A DNA stretch of 64,000 bases from an uncultured Treponema sp. Lineage in GTDB: Bacteria > Spirochaetota > Spirochaetia > Treponematales > Breznakiellaceae. The stretch lies in the NCBI GenBank assembly GCA_964546285.1, contig CAZJJK010000001.1, positions 38,131-102,130 on the forward strand, read 5' to 3'. The notes under the pieces were generated by a model that worked only from the letters and a program-made list of their open reading frames with translations, was not told the origin of the DNA and searched no databases. Both the position numbers and the translations under genes were made by a program. Positions within the stretch are counted from its first letter, which is position 1. The number at the start of each line of letters is the position of its first letter. Shown here in pieces: positions 37,227-47,054 of this stretch.

Positions 37227-38829
37227 TGTCAGGCTCCGAAGGATTAGTTTGCTGAGCCTCGCTCATCGCCCCCGTATCGCTGAGTGTTTTCGCCAAAGCG
37301 GGTGCGTATTCATCCATTTTTTGACCATCTTTCCATAGGGCTCTTATAAGCACTCGGCCCTCCCGATACAAGTCCTCTATTTCTATATCACCTGAGGTAT
37401 ATTTATGCCTCTCCAATATTTCATTTCGATAATTCTTTTCCGCTATTCTAGAACCCGAGCTATCATATTCATATTCCGTCCGTAGACTATCTCCACCTAT
37501 ATTTGTCACTACCGACTTAATCCGGTTTTCACTCCAATCCTGGGCTGTCTCGGAAAGAACAGTATCGTTTACGCTCTCTTGAATCGAGGTTATCTGTCCT
37601 TCGGCATTGTATTCAACCCGTACAGTCTCCCCGCTTGTTTTATCCATACTAAGGGAAACAGATGGAGCGGGCAACTCGCTGTCAGAAAAATACTCTATAA
37701 CGGTTGGAGTGCCTATAACGCCGCCCTCAGGGCTTATCCGCCTTAGTTCTATCGGCCTGCCTAGCTCATCATATCTAGTCACGCGCGCGTTTTCCTCAGT
37801 GGATTTAGTTTCCAATAAACGCGGGACTCCAAGCTCTGTTTCTAAGACCATTATCCTTTCCAGCTCTAAAATCTGTTCCATTTGAACTAGATTTATACTG
37901 TCCATGGCATCTTGATTTGGAGCTTTATCCCACTGCCCCAGCTCAACCGTCTGTTCGGCATCTCCGGCTTTCTCAATCGGCTTTTCATCTTCGTTAAGCT
38001 TTATCGTGGGGAGAGGAAGATCCATAGCCGCTAGGTTTTCCTTTTGTTGATCCAGCTTTGGCATAGGAACGCTAATCGCGTCCTGATTCTCAGAATCTTC
38101 AACCGCCGCTCCCTTATCGGAGGAACTAGGGGGCGTGTTCGTTTGGGCGATAAGGCTACGAGTCGCTGATCGAATAGATAAATTCCGATCATATTTAAAA
38201 CTTTCCACCCATTCCGGTATCATCTTTTCAAGCCCTTCGGCGTCCCGCTCCACAACAAACCCTTCAGCCTTGATAACAAGGCCTTGGTCATAGCTGTATT
38301 TTATAAGCCGTATCGTCCCATCGGCCTCTAGGCTACGCTCTTCGGTTAAGGCGGAGTCTTCATTATAATATTCGCGCCGCGACAAGCCGTTATTGTCTCG
38401 TCTTTCTATAAAACGTTCACGGCCATGCTTGTCAAGCAGGACTACGGTTGCTCGTTTTTCAACACCCTCTGCCATTAAGGACCTATATTCCCCCCAACCG
38501 CCAGCCCGCAGTATGTCGTCTAGCCCAAGTCCGTAAAAACCGATCATTTCCTCGGAAGATATTTTTACGACAGCCAGCGCCCAGGGCAAACGCCGCCCAG
38601 ATGAGGCCGCGACAGTTCTACGAGCTAAGCCAGAAACATCAGACTCATACCATATAGCTTTATCAAGGTTAAACCCGCTATAGGCCAGGGCATTCTCGCT
38701 TTCTTCTCCCTCTTGAGCGTACAGGAAAGTTCCTATGGATAGCGCCGCGATAGCCCCCATAAAACTAAGAAAAAATCTAGAACAATTAAGCTTAGCCAAG
38801 GAATTGACAGATATAATCATCGGGATCAA
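37219..38829 (-). CDS. Secreted hypothetical protein with YD/RHS-like repeat motifs
   Basis: Signal peptide ...GTFLYA|Q. Motifs VTRYDELGRPIEL, VRVEYNAEGQITSI and RTEYEYDSSGSRIAEKNY resemble YD repeats. The 5' end overlaps ftsY by about 30-38 nt. Confidence 0.6.
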   Translation of the reverse strand: MIPMIISVNSLAKLNCSRFFLSFMGAIAALSIGTFLYAQEGEESENALAYSGFNLDKAIWYESDVSGLARRTVAASSGRRLPWALAVVKISSEEMIGFYGLGLDDILRAGGWGEYRSLMAEGVEKRATVVLLDKHGRERFIERRDNNGLSRREYYNEDSALTEERSLEADGTIRLIKYSYDQGLVIKAEGFVVERDAEGLEKMIPEWVESFKYDRNLSIRSATRSLIAQTNTPPSSSDKGAAVEDSENQDAISVPMPKLDQQKENLAAMDLPLPTIKLNEDEKPIEKAGDAEQTVELGQWDKAPNQDAMDSINLVQMEQILELERIMVLETELGVPRLLETKSTEENARVTRYDELGRPIELRRISPEGGVIGTPTVIEYFSDSELPAPSVSLSMDKTSGETVRVEYNAEGQITSIQESVNDTVLSETAQDWSENRIKSVVTNIGGDSLRTEYEYDSSGSRIAEKNYRNEILERHKYTSGDIEIEDLYREGRVLIRALWKDGQKMDEYAPALAKTLSDTGAMSEAQQTNPSEPDNE

Positions 38830-39664
38830 AAGGCGCTATATTTTCATACGCTTCGCCATCGCATACAAAAGCTGGCGCCAAGCTTAAATCTGCCGCTAAA
38901 GAGAAAGCGATACCCCCCTTAGCGGAAGAATCGAGTTTGGTTAACACCACCCCGTCCAAACCAACGGCTTCTTTAAATATTTCAGCCTGAGATAAAGCGT
39001 TACGACCAGTTGTCGCGTCAATAACCAATAGCTTTCTGTAAACCGCCCCCTGTGCCTTTGAAGAAACGATCCTATCGATTTTTTTTAGTTCCTCAACCAA
39101 ACCGCTTTTTGTGTGCATTCTACCAGCGCTATCGGCGATGATAAGAGGAATAGACCGCGCCTTCGCGGTTTCAATGGCGTCAAATAAGACCGCCGCCGGG
39201 TCACCGCCTGTTTTATGAGCCACAACACGAACGCCAAGCCGTTCGCCGTGGATCTTAAGCTGTTCAATCGCCGCCGCCCTAAAAGTATCCGCGGCCGCCA
39301 TAACTGGCTCTAAGCCAAAGCGTGAACGGTACCAGAAAGCCAATTTAGCCGCGCTTGTCGTTTTACCAACGCCATTTACTCCCAATAAAAGAACGATGTT
39401 CAACCGATCGGGAGAAAGCTCGGTTTCCGCGATCGTAAGTTTCTTTCTTAGGATTATCGCTAAATGCCGTTTCAGATCCTCGATGTCGCGTAGACCCTCA
39501 TCGTGACATATTTTTCGCAATTCGGAAGAAATGGATAACGCTAATTGTGGCCCAATATCGCCTTCCACAAGGCTATCTTCCAGTTCTTCCAGCAACTCAT
39601 TAAGCCGTGATCTGTCTCTAGTAAAAAACGCTTTCACGCGTTCGGAAAAACTCAATGGTCTCAT
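38792..39664 (-). CDS. ftsY: Signal recognition particle receptor FtsY (NG domain only, no acidic A domain)
   Basis: LLLGVNGVGKTTSAAKLA, IADSAGR, TKLDSSAKGG. Confidence 0.92.
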   Translation of the reverse strand: MRPLSFSERVKAFFTRDRSRLNELLEELEDSLVEGDIGPQLALSISSELRKICHDEGLRDIEDLKRHLAIILRKKLTIAETELSPDRLNIVLLLGVNGVGKTTSAAKLAFWYRSRFGLEPVMAAADTFRAAAIEQLKIHGERLGVRVVAHKTGGDPAAVLFDAIETAKARSIPLIIADSAGRMHTKSGLVEELKKIDRIVSSKAQGAVYRKLLVIDATTGRNALSQAEIFKEAVGLDGVVLTKLDSSAKGGIAFSLAADLSLAPAFVCDGEAYENIAPFDPDDYICQFLG

Positions 39665-41151
39665 TGTTTTCCTTCTTTAGCCGCCGTTTTAGTGTATGGA
39701 AACGGCAATGTAGCTATATTGATGAATTTAGTAAAACGATACACCGCTTCGGCAACAAAAACGCCAGCCGTTACCCATAGAACGTTACCGGCGAAATCCA
39801 TTCTAGCCCCCAGTAGCGCTGTTTCTTGACTAGAGCCAAATACCACCCTGTCTTTATACCCCTTCGCGAAACCCGAAACAAGAAAAGCTATAGGTAACAT
39901 TATTGAAAACCGACCAAACGCTCCATAAAAAGCCTTCCTAGCCCTTTCCAATTCTTTCCCATCGTCGCTAGACCGATTCAATGAAAAAGCTAAGCTACCA
40001 GCTCCCGCCGATACGACAATTTCGGCTATCTTGTCCGCTGTTTCCGCCGAGAAATAGGCGGAGGCGTCCTCCGCCACTTTTACCGTGGAGGGACCGGTTC
40101 CTATATACTCAACGCCTTTTCTGATTATGCTTTCCTGATCTGGTAAACCATCTATTGTCAACGGAACAAGTTCAAGCTCGGAATAGCGTAATTCTTCCAA
40201 AGTTATGGCGATAGTGCTTAATTTCCCAGAATCCAATTCCAAATCGAATTGCCTATTCGCGTAGCCAGGGGCGCTTAAGTCAACACGCACGGGACCGGCT
40301 GGTCGCTCAAGAGGGCCAATGACGCCGCGGCCGCGATAGCTCCCATCAACAACAATATCAGCACCAGCGGATATTACGGCTAAAGCCGCGGGAACTTCGC
40401 CTAAAGCGGCTCTAGCTACGCTTTCAGCCAAGGAGCTAATGGATCGCTGCCTATCCTCGGGCGAAAAAATTATTTCCCCTGTATACAAATTTCCGCCATC
40501 AGCGAGTGAAAAAAGGCTAACGGATAAGAGCGTACGCTCATAATAGGGCCTAGCCCATCCGGTGATAATTGCGTCTAAGTTCTTGTCTACACAAAAAGCT
40601 TCTTCTTTGCCTGTTTCAGGAGGGGGGAAAAGCGCGTCATTTTGATTTTCTTTGGCTAAAACAATACGGCGTTTATTAGCGACGGGCTTCTCTACGGATG
40701 AGGCTTCCAAAAGTTTAAGCGCCTCTATAATTTTTTCATCCGCGCTGTCACGCGCTTGCGCTTGTTTTTGTTTAGACAAACCTTGGAACAATATAAGATC
40801 TCTAGCGTTTCTTTTGGCAATCACATCCTTTTCAGCGCTTTCCCGCGAGGCGAGTGTGGCGCTTTCGACTAGTTTCTCAACTTCCGTGGTCGAAGCCGTA
40901 TGAACACCCATTTTTACCAGCTCGCGCCCCAGCTCCAAGGCCGTTAAAGCCAGCGCTAAACGTCCGGAACTGTCAAAACCAGGGGCCGAGAAGGAGCACA
41001 AACCAACTGTCCAATCGGCTCCGCTCGGCAAGTCTTGTTCCGGCGATTCACTTTCGCCGCTAGCGAAGAGCGCTACTGATGGCCATAAGAACGCGCGCGT
41101 TAGTATCAGAACTAGAACGACATACGGCGCGTGACGCCGCTTAGGCCCCAT
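39661..41151 (-). CDS. PEGA-domain secreted/membrane protein of unknown function
   Basis: Signal peptide, then a PEGA-like segment IVVDGSYRGRGVIGPLERPAGPVRVDLSAPGYANRQFDLEL and C-terminal hydrophobic helices. Start preferred at ATG 41151, preceded by GGGGGAGG. Overlaps the prfB stop. Confidence 0.65.
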   Translation of the reverse strand: MGPKRRHAPYVVLVLILTRAFLWPSVALFASGESESPEQDLPSGADWTVGLCSFSAPGFDSSGRLALALTALELGRELVKMGVHTASTTEVEKLVESATLASRESAEKDVIAKRNARDLILFQGLSKQKQAQARDSADEKIIEALKLLEASSVEKPVANKRRIVLAKENQNDALFPPPETGKEEAFCVDKNLDAIITGWARPYYERTLLSVSLFSLADGGNLYTGEIIFSPEDRQRSISSLAESVARAALGEVPAALAVISAGADIVVDGSYRGRGVIGPLERPAGPVRVDLSAPGYANRQFDLELDSGKLSTIAITLEELRYSELELVPLTIDGLPDQESIIRKGVEYIGTGPSTVKVAEDASAYFSAETADKIAEIVVSAGAGSLAFSLNRSSDDGKELERARKAFYGAFGRFSIMLPIAFLVSGFAKGYKDRVVFGSSQETALLGARMDFAGNVLWVTAGVFVAEAVYRFTKFINIATLPFPYTKTAAKEGKQ

Positions 41152-42266
41152 TGGCCTCCCCCTGAGCGTTTTTCCAGGCATAACGAAGATACTCCTCTAT
41201 AAACGGATCTATCTCTCCATCCATTACAGCCTGGATATTACCAACTTCCCGTTTGGTACGCGTATCTTTTACCATTGTATATGGTTGAAACACGTATGAT
41301 CGTATTTGGTTACCCCAGGAAATATCCTTCTTTTCCTGAGCGAAACGCTCATTATCCTTTTCCTTTTCTTGACGGTAATACTCGTACAAACGAGCTCGGA
41401 GCATACTCATAGCTGTCGCTCTATTCTTTATCTGGCTGCGCTCCGCCTGACAAGCGACGACTATTCCAGTTGGCAAGTGAGTAAGACGAACGGCGCTATC
41501 GGTTTTATTGACATGTTGGCCGCCGGCACCGCCAGATCTATACGTATCTACCTTTAAATCCTCCGGTCTGATATCAACCTCAATACTATCATCAATTACA
41601 GGGAAAATATAAACGGAAGCGAAAGAGGTGTGACGACGCGCGTTTGAGTCAAAGGGTGAGATTCTGACTAAACGATGAATCCCCGATTCGCCTTTTAGAT
41701 ACCCATAGGCAAATTCACCATCGATCTGAACCGTCACAGACTTCAATCCTCCCTCCGCTTCCAGTATATCCACCGTTTCGTGTTGATATGAATGACGTTC
41801 AGCCCATCTGATATACATTCTATGCAACATCTGAGCCCAATCACAGGCCTCGGTACCGCCCGCGCCAGCGTGTATCGTAAGGAAACAGGAGTTGCGATCA
41901 ACCTCTCCAGACATGAGTTCAAAGATTGTTAATCGGTCAAAACGATCGCTGATATCGTTTAAAACTGTTTCCAGCTCAAGCGCTTGAGTCTCATCAGCCT
42001 CATCTTCCGCCAATTCCAATAGAACCGCCGCGTCTTCTATATCAGAAACCAAACTTATCCAAGGCTCATATCTGCCGCGCAACGCCTTCATGGAAGAAAT
42101 TATTTTTTCAGCTTTACCGGGATCGTTCCAAAAATCAGGCGCCGCACTGAGTTCTTCTTTTTCTTTTATGGCTTTTTCTAACTTTTCCGGGTCAAAGATG
42201 CCCCCAAGTTTCAAGGATACGCGCCTTAAGACTAAGCACTTGAGGTTTTAGATCAGAAATCAACAT
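41141..42266 (-). CDS. prfB: Peptide chain release factor 2, expressed through a programmed +1 ribosomal frameshift
   Basis: ORF0 is ATG 42266 MLISDLKPQVLSLKARILETWGHL then TGA. Shifting +1 at CTT TGA C continues DPEKLEKAIKE... through the SPF (RISPFDS) and GGQ (GGAGGQHVNK) motifs. GAGGAG RBS before the ATG. The ORF track shows only the downstream frame (41141-42214). Confidence 0.92.
42192..42197 (-). other. prfB: RF2 autoregulatory +1 frameshift site CTT TGA C with an upstream internal SD-like GGGGG
   Basis: The minus strand reads tggGGGcat CTT TGA Ccc, equivalent to the E. coli aGGGGGtat CTT TGA C site. Confidence 0.9.
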
Positions 42267-42364
42267 ATCGTCTCCTCACAAATAACTACCGGAGCTTACG
42301 AAAAAGCGCGTCTTATGTCAAACCGCTCTGGACGGAAGGCTTTTCTACCGAATAATATAATATC

Positions 42365-43816
42365 ATGATACGACAGGTACGTCGCTTTTTTATCCTAAGC
42401 CTCTCGGTCGCCGCCGTTTTCGCTTTATCGGCCCAAACCACTTCATCTGAAGAGGGGTCCGTTTTTGCTCCCTTTGTTTCGCGGATTCGCGTGGCTGTTA
42501 AGGATGACCTTGTTAAGGTTAGCTGGTTGGATTCTCATGACGCTATAGGACCAGTTTTTCTTTACCGTTCCAAATACGTCTTTTCCTCTTCCTCTCTACC
42601 GAAGGCCGAGCTAGTAACAGAGCTGCCCTATGGCACTCAATCATATATCGACCACCCCCCATCAACCGGTCCTTGGTATTATTTCGTCGCCGCCAGCGAT
42701 GAACAAGGGACTCGCTATGATATACTATTACCCTTCGGCAATACCTCAGGGGCGCCAGTAAGCGTGACTCTTAAAACAGAGACTGATACAGAAAGCGTCG
42801 AGGCCGATAGCGGAGAGACTATAAAGACTGAAGCCTCAGCTCTTTCCAAGGAGGAAACGGCAAGCGTCGTTCCAGCTCCGACTGAGATGACTTTGGTTTC
42901 TCCACCCTCAACTCAGCCACAGTCAATGACCGCCAGCGATGAAAACGTGGATTCGAATCCAACGGCGAAGATTGAAGAAAAGGCGGTAACAGTACAGGCC
43001 TTAGCGCCTCTCGTATCAAAACCAGCATTTTCCGCCGTAACGGCATCCGTTAACGGTGATGCGGTTGAGATAAATTTCAAAGCCGAAAGAAAAGTTGTAT
43101 CAGCCCTCCTTTATCGTAGCGCGACACCGCTACGGCGCGTGGCTGATCTGCTAGACGCTATTATCGTTTTAGCCGGACCTCCAGAAGCGCCAATGATCGA
43201 TTATCCCGTTCCAGGTATAGCGTATTATTATGCGTTGCTGGATGAAAACGAATTAAAAAGCGGTTCAGCCCTTATCGAAATTGGTGTTAACACGACGGTA
43301 CAAGCCGCTACCGTTCCCGCTGGCTTGTACCGTATCGGTTTGCCTGGTCCTTCCAGCGATCTTCGGTCCATGCCGCTGCCGCTCATCTCATTACATTCTT
43401 TAGGAGAAACATCGCCAAGCTTAACGCCTAGCCCGCTTTCGCCTGAGGCCACCAAAATTATTAAGCGCCTTGTATCAGTAACAGAACCCAAAGAGCTGTC
43501 CGAACGCCGCCCTCGCGTTTTTCCACAGGACTTAGAAGCGCCCGCTGGCGGAGAAGAGTACACCCTTCGTTCTATCGTACAGGGCACTTTCGCGAAACGC
43601 GATTGGCGGAAAGCGATTACGGAACTGTCTGGCTACCTCTCTCTTTCACGTACGGCGTTAACTGAGGCCAGGGCTCGATTTTACTTAGGGCAGAGTTATT
43701 ATTTTCAAAACCAGTATCGCGAAGCTTTGTTTGAATTCCTTTTGGTTCAAGAGCAATACAGCGCTGAGGCCCGCGAGTGGATACAAGCGGTCCTTCGTCA
43801 TTTAATTGATGTTTGA
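42365..43816 (+). CDS. Secreted hypothetical protein: two Fn3-like modules, Ser/Thr/Pro-rich linkers and a C-terminal TPR-like helical hairpin
   Basis: Signal peptide ...FALSA|Q. Duplicated module pattern (V.W/F...LYRS...YY(F/Y)A). C-terminal ARARFYLGQSYYFQNQYREAL. No SD sequence before the ATG. Confidence 0.65.
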   Translation: MIRQVRRFFILSLSVAAVFALSAQTTSSEEGSVFAPFVSRIRVAVKDDLVKVSWLDSHDAIGPVFLYRSKYVFSSSSLPKAELVTELPYGTQSYIDHPPSTGPWYYFVAASDEQGTRYDILLPFGNTSGAPVSVTLKTETDTESVEADSGETIKTEASALSKEETASVVPAPTEMTLVSPPSTQPQSMTASDENVDSNPTAKIEEKAVTVQALAPLVSKPAFSAVTASVNGDAVEINFKAERKVVSALLYRSATPLRRVADLLDAIIVLAGPPEAPMIDYPVPGIAYYYALLDENELKSGSALIEIGVNTTVQAATVPAGLYRIGLPGPSSDLRSMPLPLISLHSLGETSPSLTPSPLSPEATKIIKRLVSVTEPKELSERRPRVFPQDLEAPAGGEEYTLRSIVQGTFAKRDWRKAITELSGYLSLSRTALTEARARFYLGQSYYFQNQYREALFEFLLVQEQYSAEAREWIQAVLRHLIDV

Positions 43817-43840
43817 AGACTATCAGATAGGTGTATCGCA

Positions 43841-45823
43841 TCAGCGCATTGATCGTAACAGCCGCCTCAATTCGGGATCAGCAATTATTAGCTTCCCGGC
43901 TTGATCGGCTTGTTTGTTTTGATTGGCTATAAGCGTATCGCCTTCGGCGACTTTATCGTAAAAGCCCTTGCGGCTAATAGTACCCAGAGAGATTTCCTCA
44001 TCCGTTTCATCCACGGTGAACGATCCAATAATATCCTCATCAACAAAAGCCAAGCCCAGCCCTTCCGCAGCCGGCCTAAGCGTTCCACTCATTAGGATAT
44101 CATAGACCTGCCCAACCTGAACTCCATCAATTCTGCCTTTATCGATAATACCTTGTCCTGATTTACGAATTAACAATCGCGCGCGAAAAGGCATATCATA
44201 ATTCAGTTTATCCACGATTATACGCGCCGCGTCTCTTAAGCGATCTCCGCCTGTTCTATACGCGGAATAACTAGCCGCATGAGAGCCGGTACGCGCGACA
44301 TATAATTCCGCGCTGAGCGCTAGATCGCGATTACCCTCTTTAAGCGATATAATAAAAAAGTAATCCGCATCCGCTAATCTTGCTTCTTGAAAGGCGGCGG
44401 CGAAAGAGCTCTGCTTAAGAGCGACATCCGCGATAGCGATAGACCCATCATGAACAAGATAATCTCTTATGGTTTGAGCCGCTGTTTCGCCCGCGTCGAC
44501 ATGACCACCGCTCTGTCCTCCAAGTGTCATTACAGCGACAGTCCAATGCCTACGATCCAAGAAGTCGGGTTCTACCCCCCATCGTCGATGTAAAGCGTCT
44601 GATAAAAGTGAGTCATACGCTTCAATCGCGTCATTAATCACTTGGTTAGACATTCCCAATTCTTGGATAAAACGCAGCTCCGCCAATTGCCGCGCGGGAT
44701 AAGCGGCGGCTCCAAGTAAATCCGCGTATAGCTTCCGCTCCGCGGCGTAAGGATTCAACCTAAGGCCGCGTCGATATTCAAATAGAGCTTGAGAACTGAA
44801 ATTTCTTTCTTGATATTCAGCCGCCTTTGCGAAATGGTAGGCCGCCGCTGGCATCCGTTCGATAGATTCAACGCCGGTATCGCTTAATAAAAGCCTTTCC
44901 CAACTAGCGCGGACAAATTCGTCATTTGGATCTATGGAAAGAGCCGATTTTAAAATGCTTCTGGCTTGATCATTCATTCCCAGTTTGACAAACGCTAGAG
45001 CTTTAAGATACCAAGCCGAAACATTAAGACGATCAAGAGCGATTAAACGGTCCGCGCTTTGCGCCGCTTCAGCCCAAGCCTCTCGACGGTATTGAACGGG
45101 GGCGAGTAAAGACAAGGCGGGTCTATAATCGCTTTTATACAGCAAACAACGCTGTACCGCGTCAAGCGCTCCGTCTAGATCGCCAGAGATAGAATCCAGA
45201 TACGCGGAATAATATAAGGTTTTATAATCATCCGGATGGGCTTTTACAGCCCTATCCGCGAAAGCGCGAGCTTGATCAGTCTGACCTAAGGAACCAAGGA
45301 CAAGGGCTAAAGACAAAAGAGCGTTTCGATCATCAGGATATCTTTGGACCGCGGAACGATATCTAGCGGCCGCTTCACCAATCTTTCCCATAGCCAAATC
45401 CAGTTCGGCTGCCGTAAAAAGGGCTTCTTTATTATACGGCTCCTGCCTCAATAGATCGGAAATTAAAAGATCAGCCGTATTAAAATCTCCAAGCGCTATC
45501 AGAATAGCGGCTTCTAAATTAATCAGTTCAAAGTCGCTAGATCGAAGTTTTCTAGCCTGCCTAACCCATGATAAAGCCTGGTCGTATTCCTCCAAAGCGA
45601 AATAGCATTCAGCCAATGCCGCTATCGGGTCAGCGTAACGTGGATTAAGACTCAAAGCTTCCAAGAAATATTCCGCCGCGCCATACCAATCTTCCGCCGC
45701 CGCCCTAGCTAGGCCGCTTTTATAAAACTCAACAGCCTGATTTTCGCTATAAAGCGGAGCTTGGGAAAAAAGCAAAACAAAGAATGATAATAGGATGAAA
45801 TAACGCGGCGAACGCGATCTCAT
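43841..45823 (-). CDS. Secreted TPR-repeat protein with an uncharacterised C-terminal domain
   Basis: Signal peptide ...LLFS|Q and about 8 TPR units in the N-terminal 380 aa. 4-bp overlap with corC upstream. Confidence 0.7.
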   Translation of the reverse strand: MRSRSPRYFILLSFFVLLFSQAPLYSENQAVEFYKSGLARAAAEDWYGAAEYFLEALSLNPRYADPIAALAECYFALEEYDQALSWVRQARKLRSSDFELINLEAAILIALGDFNTADLLISDLLRQEPYNKEALFTAAELDLAMGKIGEAAARYRSAVQRYPDDRNALLSLALVLGSLGQTDQARAFADRAVKAHPDDYKTLYYSAYLDSISGDLDGALDAVQRCLLYKSDYRPALSLLAPVQYRREAWAEAAQSADRLIALDRLNVSAWYLKALAFVKLGMNDQARSILKSALSIDPNDEFVRASWERLLLSDTGVESIERMPAAAYHFAKAAEYQERNFSSQALFEYRRGLRLNPYAAERKLYADLLGAAAYPARQLAELRFIQELGMSNQVINDAIEAYDSLLSDALHRRWGVEPDFLDRRHWTVAVMTLGGQSGGHVDAGETAAQTIRDYLVHDGSIAIADVALKQSSFAAAFQEARLADADYFFIISLKEGNRDLALSAELYVARTGSHAASYSAYRTGGDRLRDAARIIVDKLNYDMPFRARLLIRKSGQGIIDKGRIDGVQVGQVYDILMSGTLRPAAEGLGLAFVDEDIIGSFTVDETDEEISLGTISRKGFYDKVAEGDTLIANQNKQADQAGKLIIADPELRRLLRSMR

Positions 45824-46599
45824 TTTGTAGCATCCTTTTTAACAATGATTTTCACGGTGTTTATTTTATGCCCGTCCATTTCCTGAATGATAAAATCGAT
45901 CCCTGAATAAGCGACCTTTTCAAACCTTACCGGTATCTTACCGAAAAGATCAAAAACAAAGCCGCCAAGCGTGTCAAAATCCTCAACTGGCAATTCCAGG
46001 CCAAGTTCTTCAGCTAAATCATCAAGATTCACGCGAGCGTCGCAAAGGAAAACGCCTTCGCCTATACGTAATATATCCTCGCGTTCGTTATCAAATTCAT
46101 CTTGAATATCACCAACTATTTCCTCAATGATGTCCTCCATGCAAACGATGCCTGACACCCCGCCGTATTCGTCAACCGCTACAGCGATATGTACTCGTTT
46201 ACGTTGAAGCTCCCTCAATAAGGCGTCTATATGTTTTGATTCGGGGACAAAATAAGGCTTGCGTAATAATTCATCAATTTGAAAATCTTGAGCTTTTACA
46301 AGATAACGCAGCAAATCCTTTACATATAAAACCCCAATGACATTATCGATAGTCTCTTTATAGACTGGAAAACGCGAATGGCCGCTTTCCGCGATACGAT
46401 CAAACAACTCCTCACGCGTAGAATCCACTGAAAGGAATACCGTATCTATACGTGGAACCATTACTTCTTTAACGGTTGTTTCTGATAACTCAACAACGCC
46501 CCTGATCATATCCCGCTTTTCCACGTTCAATTGATCATACGCGTCTTTTTCTACAGCGGGCTTGGAAAAGACACGTTTGAACATCCTTATAATGCTCAT
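45820..46599 (-). CDS. corC: CBS-pair plus CorC_HlyC domain protein (CorC/YbeX-type Mg/Co efflux-associated factor)
   Basis: VKEVMVPRIDTVFL, HSRFPVY, VDEYGGVSGIVCMEDIIEEIVGDIQDEFD and a C-terminal transporter-associated domain. Confidence 0.85.
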   Translation of the reverse strand: MSIIRMFKRVFSKPAVEKDAYDQLNVEKRDMIRGVVELSETTVKEVMVPRIDTVFLSVDSTREELFDRIAESGHSRFPVYKETIDNVIGVLYVKDLLRYLVKAQDFQIDELLRKPYFVPESKHIDALLRELQRKRVHIAVAVDEYGGVSGIVCMEDIIEEIVGDIQDEFDNEREDILRIGEGVFLCDARVNLDDLAEELGLELPVEDFDTLGGFVFDLFGKIPVRFEKVAYSGIDFIIQEMDGHKINTVKIIVKKDATK

Positions 46600-47054
46600 A
46601 CGATGATCCTCTCCTTCCTGGTTTCCCGCACAATTTCCTCCTGTCGCCGAAGCATCGGCCTATCTGGATCATTATCCTCATGATCCATTCCATCAAGATG
46701 CAAAAGCCCATGAACAATCAAACGTCTCAATTCCTCATCTACTTCCACATTAAAATAGTCGGCATTTTTTCTAAGCGTATCCATTGATATGACGATATCA
46801 CCCGCCACAAACCTAGTACCACATTGACTATCAACAAAAGAGCCGCCATCGCTAAAGGATAAAACATCCGTCGCTTCGTCTAATCCGCGATACCGTGCGT
46901 TCAGTTCCCGAATATTTTGATCACCGCAAAGCAAAATAGACACATCCCAATTATCTTTTCCTAATATGCGTAAAATAAGCTCAACGTACGCGCATAATCT
47001 ATCAACAAAGCCCGCCTCGCTGGCGTCTTCGCTAATTATATCAACACGATTCAT
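46596..47054 (-). CDS. ybeY: rRNA maturation endoribonuclease YbeY
   Basis: Zinc motif HGLLHLDGMDHE and TDVLSF. Confidence 0.92.
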   Translation of the reverse strand: MNRVDIISEDASEAGFVDRLCAYVELILRILGKDNWDVSILLCGDQNIRELNARYRGLDEATDVLSFSDGGSFVDSQCGTRFVAGDIVISMDTLRKNADYFNVEVDEELRRLIVHGLLHLDGMDHEDNDPDRPMLRRQEEIVRETRKERIIV

